A DNA stretch of 64,000 nt from Cystobasidiomycetes sp. EMM_F5 (lineage: Eukaryota), in NCBI GenBank assembly GCA_051047955.1, contig JBPGPT010000021.1, positions 62,001-126,000 of the forward strand. The letters run 5' to 3'. Positions 37,495 to 55,804 of this stretch are shown in pieces (the first letter of the stretch is position 1; each line of letters begins with the position of its first letter). A program made the translations under genes and the position numbers. The notes beneath the pieces were generated by a model. It had not been told where the DNA came from. It was given only the letters and a program-made list of their open reading frames with translations, and searched no databases.

Positions 37495-38699
37495 TGTGAC
37501 ATCGTCCAACGCCTGGGACTTCCCTGCTTGTTTCTTTCTAAATCTTTTTGTTTTTTTTTTTCGGTTTCTGGTTCCGCCTGTCTTACTTCGTGCTGCAGCA
37601 CTACGATATTCATCTTCAGCCACCCTTAAAAATAGCAACGCGATCAAATACTACCAGCGCGTCTCTTGCACGTCATAACGTCTGAGTCCCCTCTCCACGC
37701 TTGTCATGTACGCCTCGTCACGCAATTATCAAACGACAAAATCCTCACCAACGAAATCTCCCACGATTTGTTCTACTCGCGGCGTCCTCCTTTACTTGTT
37801 ACCTCGTAAACGCTACAAGCAACATACCTCCAAAAAGCGTATTATAGCTACCCCTCCTCCCGCGCTCCCCCTCACAATACCACGATCCCATCTCCATAGA
37901 TAAACTGTTTGGCCGAGTGTAGTGTAGATGCTTACTGTACATGAAGTCTTTCGACTTGTGTCTTACGGTTCCTACTTGCGTTGCGTTGATCGCATAAAAG
38001 CGTTCAATTGTCATGATGGGTTGCTTCTTGCCTGGACACCGAAAGACTTTGCTTCTTCACCATGACTCGTCAGCATGTTTACACGCAACTGCTCCTGCTC
38101 GTACTCATCAGGACAGCAGTAAATCTGCCATCAACTTCCGCAACCGTCGCCGTCGTTGCTTCTGCGCTGGTCTCGCTTGACCCGGCAGCAGGCTCGTCCA
38201 AAGATAGCTCATACCTACTCTTCTTACGACGTGAATGCTGACAATGTGAACGCGCTCGCGATCCGGACTGCACTTTTGGCTCTGCGGTTGAGTCTTCTCG
38301 GCGACTCCAACAGCTCTGTGTAACATGGATGGCGCTGCAGGGTGAAACTACTGAAGTACTTACCATAAAGAGCAAGTCTCACAGGCTTACTCTGTAGTAC
38401 TGCTGATCTCTCTGACTCGCTCGACGTGTCAAACCTCGACTGACGAGCTGCCACCGCAGCGACAGATTCGCGCTCTACAGCTGCCTCGCACAACATGCAA
38501 GATCGGGGTAGGACTACTTTAGCGCTTCGCTCGCTCAACTCAACAAAGAATTCTCTTGCACGCCTTATCAGAATCCCCCAGACAAGCGAGCGGGCAGGCT
38601 TCCTGATAAAAGGCGGCCTGACTCGTCTGCTTCTTGTCTTCCTTTCCAACGCACAGTACCGTAAAGAGTGCCGCTTATATTACTGACATATAGCAAAAG

Positions 38700-40487
38700 A
38701 TGCAGCAGCTCATCAGCGACAACATCAACAGCAACAGCTTCCAGGCAGTCGTGCCTAGCCCTCCTGTTCGTACCATCTCCCATCACACTCTCGTCAATTC
38801 CCCAAACGCAAGTCTGCTATCCACACCAGCTTCGATGACTGGCTCTCTAGCCGTCGTTTCTCCAGATGCAATGCGAAGCGGAACGTCGTATGACGTTCGG
38901 AGCGATACCTCCTTCGGCGATGAAGTACAATCAGCAAATCAAACTCCTGCTCTGCCAAAGGGCAAGCTTATCGATGCCGTGTCCACGCAAGTCAACTTCA
39001 CCTTCCAACAGGGATCCGTTCAAGCGAGCAATGATAGCTCCATCTACGTGCTCTCAGAAGACGCTTCGATGCTAGTCACCGTCCCATGGCTCAGCATATT
39101 AACAGAGCTCTATCAGAACGAGAATCTCATCTCCGCCATGCTCACCAGCATGGAGAGCCAGCCAAATTTGCGCACAAAAGCGTTGCAGATCCTGAATCGC
39201 AATCAACCTGCGAACCCTCCTTTCCAGTCCATGCAGAATCCTCACTTTTCAGACTTTACCATCTCTTCGGCTATCCAATGCTCAGAGACTCCTGTGACTT
39301 ATCCACTCTTCCAATCTTCTTCGACGGTCGACTTGAGTAACAACGCTATGCCAGGCACAGCTGGTATCACCGGTTGGGACGCCGTATGTCAACAGGTACG
39401 CCCAGCTAATTCAGGTGAGGTACCGCATCATGCTGAGCCAGTGTTTCTGTCTCAGAAGACAACGTCTAGCCCGTCATCACAAGCTGCCACCTCTGGCTCT
39501 GCAAGAACTGCAGCGCTGCAGTCACCGGGAGGCAATCTGTCTCCTACCGCGCGGCCTCCCACAGCCTTCGACTTGCCTCCCATGCCCTTCCCAGACTTCT
39601 CCGGCTCCATTCAAAACGCTCCAGACCAGAGCTCAGGAGCCAACATCATCGGCGTCAGCTATCCGTCCGTCGTCACCGCAGATTTGGATAGCATCGACCC
39701 TATGATCATGGCGGAAAGACCACACAACCCAACTCAGCGCGAGTACATCTGGTCACATGCATCGTACGAGCTGTACGAAGTAGACACACCCGAAGGTCTC
39801 ATTGCACAGCAAGAAAGTGGAACCATTCGAATGGTGTTTCCTCCAGGCACTATGCTTCTCGCCCATGATACCGATGGTGCCGAGGCTAGCCCCGCATGGA
39901 CGGCCCGCCGTGCCAACATGAAAGATTCCAACGAATGGCTCAAAGCTCAGGTCTGCCACCATCTGTGCTTGCAGTACAAGGCAGGCACCCGGCGACTAAA
40001 CAGGCCAAGAACCATTCGGGATCACTTCCAGAAGGTACGCTTCGCGACATTCGAATACTACACGCAATCTGACTTGATTCATTGTATATAGTGTGTATGG
40101 TTGCCACCCAATCATCCATTGAAGGTGCTTTCGACACTCCAGCTCAAGGTACTTGATCTCCGACAGAATGGACTAATTCCCACAAAGAGCCGAACAAGGA
40201 GCATTCACATGGGATATGCTCGTCCTATAGGTGGCCTGCAGACCGGAGGACTTGGCTCAAACCTGGCATCTCCATTCGCCAGTCCTTTCATCGAGAACTC
40301 CATCACCAGTGCATCGAATTATACAATGCAATTCAGAACAAACAACCAAAGCACCTTCCCAACCCTTGCAAGTCCTCTAGTCAATGTAGCGAGCGGCCCA
40401 TCAGGGCACACTCACATCCACAAGAAGCGAAAATCGGAACATAGCGATTCACCTCTGTCGAGCCCGTATTCAGATTCTTCGGAATAA
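38700..40487 (+). CDS. Unrecognised family, paralogue B
   Basis: Introns 39396-39455 and 40035-40091. The spliced product contains LVTVPW and ...SNEWLKAQVCHHLC...RPRTIRDHFQK/CVWLPPNHPLKVL. An acceptor just before the ATG (38693) suggests an upstream exon. Confidence 0.85.
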
Positions 40488-42068
40488 GGCGTGTTCATTA
40501 TACCTGTTTCAATATACATGATGTGGGAGGATCAGATCGTCGACCTATTGTACATGCTTGATTCGATTCCATAGCTTCTCTCCACCTTGCTGTCTCATGT
40601 TTGAATTGCCCTTTGTAGAGATCCAAACTTGTTTTTGCATTGTAGCAATATGATACTGCGGCGTCCACTGCTGGAATTAGGTCGGCTCGCTTCGCTGTAG
40701 CGTTGCCAGTGGAAAAGTTTGGCCAGAGCGTCAGTACCGCTCCGCCAGCTCCGCCCTTGCCCGACTTTGGGTGTCCCGGGACGAGAGCAAAACGAGCATC
40801 AAGTGCGCGCGAATCCGAAGTACTCAATCTGCAACTCGTGCAAATACGGTCCTTGAACATGCCAGGCAGCTCATCTCACTGCATGCTGGAACTCTGGATA
40901 TCTACATTGACCCATCTGCGCGGGCTGCACCAGATTGCCAATCCAACAAAGCCCACCGGACTGATCATGACGCTCTGATATGGACTCTGTCATGGCTCAT
41001 TCATTATCTTTGAGGCGACCGGCCGCAGTATATACGAGGTGCTCGCGCCCGCTGGTTATACAGGACGCGACGTTGAGCGCGCTTGCCCGCCGGTCTGCCC
41101 GCTTCGGCGTTGTAGCAAAGCTTCACGGGGCGATGCGGTCGACACAACCCTACACCACAATGCATCACACTTTCCAACGCTCCCGTCTGACGGGTGTCTT
41201 AGAGTGACTAGCGTCGTCGGATCTCCATTCAATCCCAACGGCCAACGGCTGCTCCGAGAAGAACTCTCGAGCGGCTTTGTGCATCAGACGAGATAAGTGT
41301 TCTCTTTTGGCTCCGCGTAAAGGACTCAATTGGAGCACAAGGCTTTTCCGGTTGCGATCCACTCTGCGATTGAATGCTAACCCCGCATACTGACGTCGAA
41401 CGGAGCTTTTGTCCAAATGAACAGTCGTTATGCTCACAAAGACCCCACAGAATAGTAACTAAGGCGGTTGAAATGGATGAATGACAAGCTCGTGGCCGAG
41501 CGTGGTGGCTTTGAACAGCGGCGAAGCGAGGTGAACTGACAAGCAATTCTGACCGGGCTGCAGAGGCTAGCGTGGTAGACTTTTTCTCAGCTATCGAAAG
41601 GACACCTCTGCGACTCTTTCTACCACTCTCACCTGAGAACCCTCGTCTTGGCTGCCAAAGATCCTTTCGCCGCGGTTTGTCGACCTTCTCATCCTAGCTT
41701 TAGTGACCGCCACAAAAGCCCCACTCTTTGGCCGGTCACAACATTTGTATCAGCAAAATCACAGAATTGGCGCAGGTTGACCAGGGTTTCAGTGAGTCCG
41801 TCTTGTGACCTGTGTCACAATCGCGCTTAATGATGGTCCGTTAAGACTTTGCCTTTTGGCACCTCCAGACACCAAGGCTTGCAGATCAACCACTCTAACG
41901 GAACCTGTGAGTAGGCTGCATACAAGCGGACTGACGCACTCCTGCGTCTCGAGCGAAAGCTGACCGTTCCGTTTGCCCTACTTCTGCTCGGCAGGCCACC
42001 GAATTTCCTTTTCATCGCGCAGCTGTGCATCCCGGAGCGATCAGGAGAGCTGACCCCGCAAGCACATC

Positions 42069-45000
42069 ATGGGTTCAAATACTCAGGCCCCGCCCCCTCA
42101 TCGCCGCAATGTAAGTCCACTCTGGGTTTCCAGCTTTGTGCGCAGTTTGGGTCTGCTTGCTACGCAAACTACCCTAAAACAGCAGAGTCTGGCAATTTGA
42201 CAATCTCCGCTGACACAGGCAACGTTTCTATTACCCACATACATACCCGCCCTCTGATCCTCGTCATAATCATATCCCTCCGTACTTATCACTACAGCCT
42301 CGACATAACCCACAACAGCGTCCGGCAATAGTCATGTCTTCCAGAGCTCAGGCCAGCGGCGGGATAGACAGTGGAGTGTCATCACCAGAGACCGGTCCGA
42401 CATCCTTGACTGGCTCTCCGGCTCTATACCATGGCATACAGCGAGGATTTGGCTCTGCTGCTAGCACTACTCCTAGTAGCATCACCAGCGCTTCGACATG
42501 CTCTCAGCAACCATTCAACAGCATTCATAGTACTCATGGCCATTCTCGTACAACGTCCATATCATCCGTTGCCTCTACTTCCAATCCCATTGACTCAGCA
42601 TTCTACAGTGGTACTCCAGCTCAAAGTAACGAGCAGACCCTTTACATTCGCGTCCCATCCGCTGGCAATGAAGGCAATGCTGAAGGCCATGTTGTGCCAC
42701 TCGACGAATCTAACAAAAACCGCAATACAGAGGACTTTTGGGTAACCGTTCCCTGGCAAGCTATCGGCCATAAAATGCTCGAGCAGCCCACCCTTCTCTT
42801 GGACCTGCTCGAAAGCGTCAAGGCAACTCCAGTCATGAAGAACCGTATCTTGCGAATGCTAGCTGCCAGTTCCAACGAAGTATGCCCAGATAGCGGGTAT
42901 ATCGGGGCGCATGAGCAGGGCGACTTCAATTTACCATCCTCGCCCAACCCTATGCGAGCATCCAACATGTCACTGTTCCCTCCAATGCCAATGCCTGACG
43001 TATCAGCGTCGACCTGGAGCACGCCGGGATATCCAAACCCGAGCGAGTATCACTCCAGTGCGCCAGTAAGGGTAAAATGCACTTTGCTGTGAAGACAAGG
43101 GCTGACAATCCCGCGACCAGGCTACACCTGCACATGGCCTTGTTGGCTCAGATCAGTCATCTGCTGGCTCTCCAGGCCATACAGGAGGTCACGCCGGTGC
43201 ATGGCCTGCATTCCCTGGAGCAACGTTTGATGCCATGTCCATCTCTGTACCAAACGCAGCAAACTCAGCCCTAGGTGATATGAGCGCTCTTCTGAACGGG
43301 CAACTGTCGCCGACTGCGGCCATGTTCAACCAATTCCCTTCAGCAATTGCGGCCGCACCTGATACAATCGACCGCGGCATCTTGACGCAAGTCGAGAGCA
43401 ATACAATGGTGGAGGAGTACGTATGGTGTCCTGCTGATGCTTCTCTCTATGAGATGAGCAACCCTCGGGCCGCTCAAGCCTTGTTGGCGCCCGGCTCGAT
43501 CAGAATGACATTCCCGCCCCATACTATGATACTGGCGTGGGAGAAGGACGGCACTGCAGCAAGTCCCGCATTCAAGCCTCTGCATCCGCATTCCAATCAA
43601 TGGTTGAAGGCTCAAGTCTGTGATCACCGATGCGCATACAGAGCCGGTACAAACTCGCTGAAGCGGCCAATTACTATACGTGACCACTTCCGAAAGGTCA
43701 GTGTGACTCTCGACGGTCGCCCTGAGCTTGATCGCTGAGAGCTTGTCACATAGTGTGTCTACCTGGAAGAGAACCATCCACTCAAGGTATTGTGCTCGCT
43801 GGAACTCGCCGCTCACGAAAGAGCATCGCAGGGCTTGCTGCCAACGCGTCGTAGAACACGCGGCGGCCGTCTTGGAGCCATGAAGAGCGTGAGTACATAT
43901 GATCCATACCCATGATCTATCCCCACCTTCCTTCGTTACAAAAGTAGTAGCATTTGTGCATCCCCCTTTCTCGCCGACCTCATTCCTCTTTCGCCGTTCC
44001 CTCGATTGGTAGGATTGTTATTCTATACGAGCGTTGTGCTGAAATACAATCCTTCCCTGTCCATTCTCTTTGCGTGTGGTCCACTGTCTCCCTCCGCAGG
44101 ACTTTACGAGCTCAGCATCGTCCATGCACAATTTGCCACTGAGCAAGGTCCGTGCGCATCAAGTTGGACGAAGCTCCGTATCTTCACATGGTGGATTGAC
44201 GTCAAGTGCTGGTACTGGAGGAGAATCGGCAGACTCCGACTCGGATTACGTTCCACCTCGTTCAACTTCTGCTGCGACTAGCATGCTGTCTCTATCGGGA
44301 CTGTACGCAAACTCAAATCAGGCCGCGACTGTACCGGTCGCTCCTACCACATCTGCTGGCGGCGACGCACAGATGGAAGGTAGTACATCGAGCAATACAT
44401 TCGCCAATGACAAAGCACCTCGCTCCCTGAGGGGCATTACAAAGGTTGCTGATGCTACCGTTACACTGCCAAAGCAAGACAACAGCATTCTTCCAGGGCA
44501 TGCAAGGCGACATACAATGGCAGACACGAGGTCTTTATTTTCGAATGTGCTGCATGACTACTCAGGCCATCATGACGGCCACGACATGGTGAGCGGAGTC
44601 GTCAAAACCTGAGAGTATGAGACTCTCCTTTTACTGAGCAGATATTATATCAGGACACATTTGACAACACTCCTATCTCGCTGGCAGGTCTTCCTCTCAC
44701 TCTGGGCTCATCGGGCGCAGTATTCGGCACGTCAAGCGATACATTCAGTCAGCAGATAAGCGGTCCATTCACTGGCCATCCTGGCATTTTTGGCAGTACG
44801 GTAGGCGACACTTCTCATTTCAATAGCATCCCTTCATCCACTTTCCATCCCTTTTCCGCATCGAGAACCGTATCCCCGAACGACTTTTCTAGTCAGCCAG
44901 ATTTTGGCATGCATTCACCGGTGAATGACCTGCCGCCCCTGAGTTTGGGAGTGTTGGCAAAGTTTCATACTCCGACAATGGATCCACGCGAGATGACTCA

Positions 45001-45352
45001 AGGCCATCAAGCTGGATATGCATTCCGAGACTACTTTTCGGACTCTGCTTCGTCCGACTGCTCTGCATCGTCTTCTGCTGCTCCTTCTCAAGCTCCATCA
45101 CCTGCCACATCTCCGATCCGTATGTATGCCTCATCTCGCGAGGATGATATTCCTGTCCAGGATATGCGGGATATGACTGTCGCCAAGAATACACGTGCTC
45201 CCGGCAGCCCTGCTTACTTGATCTCTCCTACACTCCGTGCTCCCGCTCTTCCCCTCTCATTCTTACAGCAACACGACAGTGCCTACAATTCCTCTGCTAG
45301 CTTCGACACCGACGACGATGACGACCTCAAGGCTGGCTTCAATCTAAATTAG
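42069..45352 (+). CDS. Unrecognised family, paralogue C (long Ser-rich C-terminal extension)
   Basis: Inferred introns 42111-42297, 43066-43120, 43697-43753, 43889-44099 and one starting at 44589. Contains WVTVPW and ...SNQWLKAQVCDHRC...RPITIRDHFRK/CVYLEENHPLKVL. The 5' exon and tail splicing are less certain. Confidence 0.8.
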
Positions 45353-45801
45353 CCAAAAGAACGGATGCCATCTTTTGGCAGATTCCGTTACACCATAAGA
45401 AGGACGGAACACGTCCTGGCTAGACATACGGCCAAGTCGCTCTGCGCTCTCCTCAGCTTCAAGCACCAAAATTGGCACCAATGCTTCATACATCAGCGTT
45501 CTTTCATGTTTTATTATTCTCAGCTTGTAGCTCCCGTCGCTGTAGCTTTTCACTTCTTAGCTACAACTCCAGTCATCTTTGTTGAATCCGAAGCTGTGTC
45601 AGATTGAATACGAGAGTAGATATCGTTCAAGTTCCCCCTCGAGGTCTTTCCGAGAGAACAACTGCGAGCACTTTGACCGTAGTCTTACATTCTCAGCTCT
45701 TATTGCACATTTGTCGCCTGTGCTGATATCGTCCACTTTGTCCAAGTCGGACCTCTCCAAGGTCAACGGCAGTCCGACACTGCGCAAGTAACCAACAAAT
45801 C

Positions 45802-48800
45802 ATGGCGGACAGGCAAGTTGACGATGCTGCATTCACAGCAGACATGCCAGTATACATAGCAGCATGCTGACGCTGGACACGAAATATCGCATCCGTCACA
45901 CTTTCCTGCGCGTCGTCGTCTGAATGGGAACCCCCCAAAATCCGTATGCTTGGGATCAACAATGCAGACCTATCCAGTTCACGGAGCATCTCCAGGTGCG
46001 TGCAGCTCGTAGCGTCTTGGAAGAGGCCTGGCTGACATTATCATGGCTGCGTCCTTGGTGGGCAACCCCCAGCTCTCGGCAGTGGGCATCCAGCCTGCTG
46101 CCATCAGCTTCAACACGCTCACTATGGAGTCGGATCGCTTCATCTGTGTCCGGGAAGAGGTGCGCTCCCGTCGACCAATCGAATGGACTGCGATATTCTG
46201 ACGCCGTTGCCTTGCGCTTTCGAACATGGTGAATTGCAATGACAGGGCGGTCCCAAGAAGGAGGTCGTTATCGTAGACCTCGCTGATGCAAACAATATCG
46301 TACGGAGGCCCATAAGCGCAGAGTCTGCCATAATGCACCCGGCCAAGAAGATTATCGCCCTGCGAGGTGAGCGGTCACGGCATAGCTTGGTATGGTTTTA
46401 AGACGCGCTGACACCCTGCCATCTGCGTCATGCGAATCAGCTCAGCGACAATTGCAAGTCTTCGACATGTAGGTAGTCTAAGCACTCAATCTGGGCCGAC
46501 TGCTGATGATGGACCCGGCAACAGCGATGCGAAAGCCAAGGTCAAATCACATTTAATGCACGAGGTGGGTTGCTGCATACGTAGAGATGCTGGCATATGG
46601 CCTAATTTTGCCCCCCTCGCATGCAGGACGTATCATTCTGGAAATGGATATCGGAAAGCACGCTGGGGATTGTCACGGAGAGTGCAGTCTACCACTGGTC
46701 AGCGACTGGCGATGCGGCACCGGTCAAAGCATTCGACCGACATGCAAATCTTGCTGGACACCAAATCATCAATTACCGCGCATCATCTGATGAAAAGTGG
46801 CTAGTACTAGTCGGCATTGCGACAAATCCAGCGCCAGATGGCTTCAAGGTCAAGGGGTCGCTGCAATTGTACTCTAAGGAACGCTCAGTGTCGCAGCCGA
46901 TTGAAGGGCACGCAGCCGCATTCGCAAATGTCAAACTGGAAGGCTCGAACATCGAAACCAAGCTGTTCACCTTTGCAAATCGTACCGCGACTGGCGCCAA
47001 ATTGCACATTGTCGAAATTGATCATCAGGCAAATGCTCCTGTATATACCAAGAAGGCTGTCGATGTCTTTTTCCCAGCAGAAGCGACAAACGACTTTCCG
47101 GTTGCCATGCAGGTGTCGAAAAGGTGGGTATCGAAAAGTACAGAGGGCTGCTGTATCTCAAGCGCTGACGAGGGCACTGCCTCACAGGTACGGTGTCATC
47201 TACCTCGTGACAAAATACGGCTTCATTCATCTGTACGACATTGAGACTGGCGCAAACATCTACATGAATCGTATCTCTGGCGAAACTATATTCGTGACTT
47301 GCGAACACGAAGCCACCAGCGGTATCATCGGCGTCAACAGGAAAGGTCAGGTTCTCTCCGTCTCCGTCGACGACGAGACGATTATTCCATACATCCTTAA
47401 CACGCTCAACAATACCGACTTGGCCATCAAGCTCGCTTCTCGAGGCAATCTGCCTGGTGCAGACGGGCTCTACCAACAGCAATTCTCCCAGCTCTTCCAA
47501 GCAGGGCAATATTCTGATGCCGCCAAGGTCGCTGCGACGTCCCCCAGAGGCATACTACGTACTCCTCAAACAATCGATATGTTCAAGCAAGTACCCGTAC
47601 AGCCCGGTCAGATGAGTCCGATTCTACAATACTTTGGCATTCTGCTCGAGCGGGGAAAGCTCAACCGGTACGAATCAATCGAATTGTCGAAGCCTGTGCT
47701 CACTCAAGGCCGGAAGCAACTGCTCGAGAAATGGCTGAAGGAGGACAAGGTAGATCAGATGCGAGGCTCGCACTTGTGTTCCTGATATGCTAATCGTTTA
47801 CTCCACAGATCGATTGCTCTGAAGAGTTGGGTGATATCGTCCGGCAACACGATATGACTCTTGCTTTGTCCGTCTATCTTAGGGCTAGCGTACCCAACAA
47901 GGTCGTTGCGTGCTTTGCAGAGACCGGCCAATTCAGCAAGATTATCGTCTACTCCCAGCGAGTCAATTATACACCTGATTATCCTTCGCTGTTGCAACAC
48001 ATTACCCGTCTCAACCCAGAACAAGGCGCTGAATTTGCCAAGATGCTCGTGCAGAACGAGTCTGGTCCCCTCATAGATCTAGAGCGTGTCGTAGACATCT
48101 TCCAATCGCAAAACATGTATCAACAAGCAACCTCCTTCTTGCTGGAAGCGCTCAAGGACAACCAGCCTGAACAAGCTCATCTACAGACTCGTCTACTCGA
48201 GATGAATCTGGTCAATGCTCCACAAGTGGCCGATGCTATTCTCAGCAACCAGATGTTCTCGCATTACGATCGGCCGCGCATAGCCAACCTCTGCGAGAAA
48301 GCCGGCCTGCTGCAGCGGGCTCTCGAGCATTACGAAGATCTGAACGACATCAAGCGCGTTGTGGTCCATACCAATCTACTTCCAACAGACGTAAGTTACG
48401 TTGTTTCATCACTCCTTATGGACAATCTGACATGGGTGACACGCAGTGGCTCGTTGACTACTTCGGAAAGCTGACTGTAGAGAACACCCTTGAATGTTTC
48501 CGCGAGATGCTTAAAATCAACATTCGCCAAAATCTGCAAGTGGTTGTGCAAGCAGCTACCAAATACTCAGAATTGATTGGACCGGTCCGCTTAATCGAGC
48601 TGTTCGAGTCTTTCAAGACTTTCGAAGGATTGTACTACTATCTAGGATCGATTGTAAACCTGAGCACAGACTCGGAAGTTCAGTTCAAGTACATTCAGGC
48701 CGCGACGCGGACAGGCCAGATCCGCGAAGTCGAACGCATTTGTCGCGAGTCGAATCACTACAACCCCGAAAAGGTCAAGAACTTCCTCAAAGAAGCCAAA

Positions 48801-51800
48801 CTACAGGACCAGCTCCCGCTCATCATCGTTTGCGACCGCTTTGGTTTCGTACATGATCTTGTCTTGTACTTGTATCAGAACGGACTGCAAAACTTCATCG
48901 AAGTGTACGTGCAGCGTGTCAACTCCGCTCGCACCCCGCAGGTTGTTGGCGGTCTGCTCGACGTCGACTGCGATGAAACGACAATCAAGCAATTGCTCAT
49001 GTCTGTCACTGGAACCATGTCTATTGACGAGTTGGTCGACGAGGTAGAGAAGCGTAATCGACTGAAGCTCATCCTGCCATTCCTGGAAAACAAGATTGCC
49101 AATGGTCAACAAGAGCCTGCTATTTATAATGCGATTGCAAAGATCTACATCGACTCTAACAACAATCCGGAGGCATTCCTCAAGGAGAATAATGTGAGTT
49201 GAGACTTACACGAGATATTGCATCGCTTATTAAATTGTATTTTGTCTAGATATACGATCCGGCGACCGTCGGCAAGTACTGCGAGAAGCGTGATCCTTAT
49301 CTAGCATACATTGCGTATGCCAAGGGCTTCTGTGATCAGGAGCTTATCAATATTACCAACGAGAACCAGATGTATAAGCATCAGGCGCGGTATCTCGTCA
49401 AGCGACGTCAACTTGACCTCTGGTCAACGGTCCTGAACAAGGAGAATATGCATAGACGGTCACTCATCGATCAGGTCGTCGCAACGGCAGTACCAGAGTC
49501 GATCGACCCGGAGGATGTCTCAGTAACGGTCAAAGCATTCTTCGCAGCTGATTTACCAGGCGAACTTATCGAACTACTGGAAAAGATTGTGCTCGAACAG
49601 TCTGCTTTCAACGACAATGCCAACCTCAAGAAACTGTTGCTGCTGACTGCCATTCGCTCTGACAAGGGTCGTGTCATGGGCTACATCGACAAGCTGGACG
49701 GCTTTGATGTACACGAGATCGCCGGCATTGCGATTGAAAATTCGCTGTACGAGGAGGCCTTCACTCTGTTCAAAAAGCACAACATGCACCTCGAAGCGGT
49801 CAATGTGCTCGTCGAGTACATAGTTGGCATCGATAGAGCTTCTCAATACGCAAACAAAGTCAACGAACCTGCAGTCTGGTCGAGGCTTGGTAAAGCCCAA
49901 CTAGACGGCCTTCGCATCAAGGATGCTATCGGTGAATTATTCTCCGATATCTTCTGTGAATCTTGAAAGTCTGCTGACCGCGTTTCTTACAAAAGACTCC
50001 TACGTTAAAGCCAACGATGCCACGAATTACGCTGAAGTCATCGAAACTGCTGAGCGAGCGGGCAAGTATGACGACATGGTTCGATACCTGCAAATGGCAC
50101 GTAAGACCCTGCGAGAACCCAAGATCGATACCGAGCTGGTCGTAGCCTACGCCAAGACAGATCGTTTGTCCGACATGGAGGAGTTCCTCGGCATGACCAA
50201 CGTTGCAGACTTGCTGACAGCAGGAGAGAAAGTGTTTGAACAGAGCCTTTACGAAGCTGCCAGACTGCTCTTCTCGAGTATTTCAAACTGGGCTAGATTG
50301 GCAACGACCCTAATCTATCTTGGCGAGAACCAGGCTGCTGTCGATGCCGCTCGGAAAGCTGGGAACACGCAGTACGTCAGCTCGTGCCTTTGGTCATAAT
50401 ACTTCTTTCTGATGTTCGGAATATCAAAGGGTGTGGAAGCAGGTAAATGCTGCGTGCGTGGACAAGAAGGAGTTCCGCTTGGCGCAAATCTGCGGTCTCA
50501 ACCTCATCGTGCACGCAGAAGAGTTGCAGGTATGCAGATCTCGACTCGGCTGCAATGTGTGATCTGATGAGCAATCGGCTTCACAGTCGCTTGTCAAGCT
50601 GTACGAATCGAGAGGCTATTTCGAGGAGCTAATGTCGTTACTGGAAGCCGGACTCGGTCTGGAACGGGCACACATGGGCATGTTCACGGAGCTCTCCATC
50701 CTCTATGCAAAGTATGCTACACAGAAGCTCATGGAACACCTCAAGCTTTTCTGGTCACGCATTAACATACCTAAAGTCATTGCTGCAGCAGATCGAGCCC
50801 ATCTCTGGCCGGAGCTTATCTTCCTCTATGTGAAGTATGACGAATTCGACAATGCTGCACTTGCTATAATGAACTATTCTGGAGACGCGTGGGAACATAA
50901 CCAGTTCAAGGAAATCATTGTCAAGGTGGCCAACATCGAGATATACTACAAAGCACTCAGCTTCTATATCGAACAGCAACCACTATTGTTGAATGACTTG
51001 CTCACAGCACTGACTCCACGCATCGACCATTCCCGGGTTGTCCGCCTGATCATGAAGCAAGATCATCTACCCCTAGTCAAGCCATACCTCATTGCCATCA
51101 AAGGCCTCGATTTGGAGGCTGTCAATAATGCTTTCACCGATCTATTGATCGAGGAAGAGGATGCTGCGACTTTGCGCGATGCCATAGACACGAATACCAA
51201 CTTCGACGTGAATGGCTTGGCGTCGCGTCTAGAGAAGCACGAACTCCTAGATTTCCGTCGCATCGCTGCGCATCTGTATAAGAAGACTGGACGATGGGAC
51301 GACTCCATTGCACTAAGCAAAGCAGACAAGTTGTACAAAGACGCAATGGTCACCGCAGCGGAATCGCAAAGCAGGGAGCAAGCTGAAGAGCTTGTCAATT
51401 ATTTCGTGACACTTGGCAACAAGGAATGTTTCTGCGCTTCGCGTAAGTGTCGCTAAAATGCAGCAGTCTCTGACAACAGCTGACCATGCTTAAAAGTTTA
51501 TATATGCTACGATTTGCTGCGGCCGGATTATGTTTCCGAATTAACTTGGAGACATGCTCTCAACGACTTTGCAATGCCATACCGCTTGCAGGTCGAGCGG
51601 GAGCAGGTATGTAAACTTCGCCAACGTAGGCGTCTTTTGTGCTGATGTGCTGATGATTTTGTTACAGTATACTCGCATCGCCTCACTGGAGGAGCTCATA
51701 AAAAAGCTGTCTGCGAAAGATGAAAAGAAGGAGAAGGAGGAAAGCGAAGCGCCTATTTTCATGGGGACTGGGCGGTTGATGATTGGAAATGGACCAGTCA

Positions 51801-51880
51801 ACGGCATGGGTGGGCCACCAATGCCGATGCCGATGCAAATGCAAATGCCCATGCAAACAGGAATGCCGGGGTTCTATTAG
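45802..51880 (+). CDS. CHC1: Clathrin heavy chain
   Basis: Spliced N-terminus [13 protein letters not shown]...[65 protein letters not shown]; ends ...TGMPGFY*. Confidence 0.98.
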
Positions 51881-52054
51881 ATCGTGTAAAAGTGTGCCTG
51901 AACGACCGTCCACGAATCAGTGTCTGCCTTCGTTGTCCTATGGTCTGTTGCAATGCCTATATCCAGTTGCTTCTTTCCCTAAGGAGACTATGGTACATTG
52001 GCTTCGCATCGAAAAACTGTCCTTGGCCAGTATAGCATTTCTGACACTTGTCAA

Positions 52055-55804
<3,750 letters not shown>

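Noticed and set aside
35551..45352. Triplet as a mating-type locus or as transposases
   Set aside because: No homeodomain, HMG box, pheromone CAAX precursor or STE3 receptor was seen. There is no DDE domain, terminal inverted repeat or target-site duplication, and the genes have normal introns.
51821..51857. ATGCCG/ATGCAA hexamer repeat
   Set aside because: It is coding low complexity ([12 protein letters not shown]) in the clathrin C-terminal tail.
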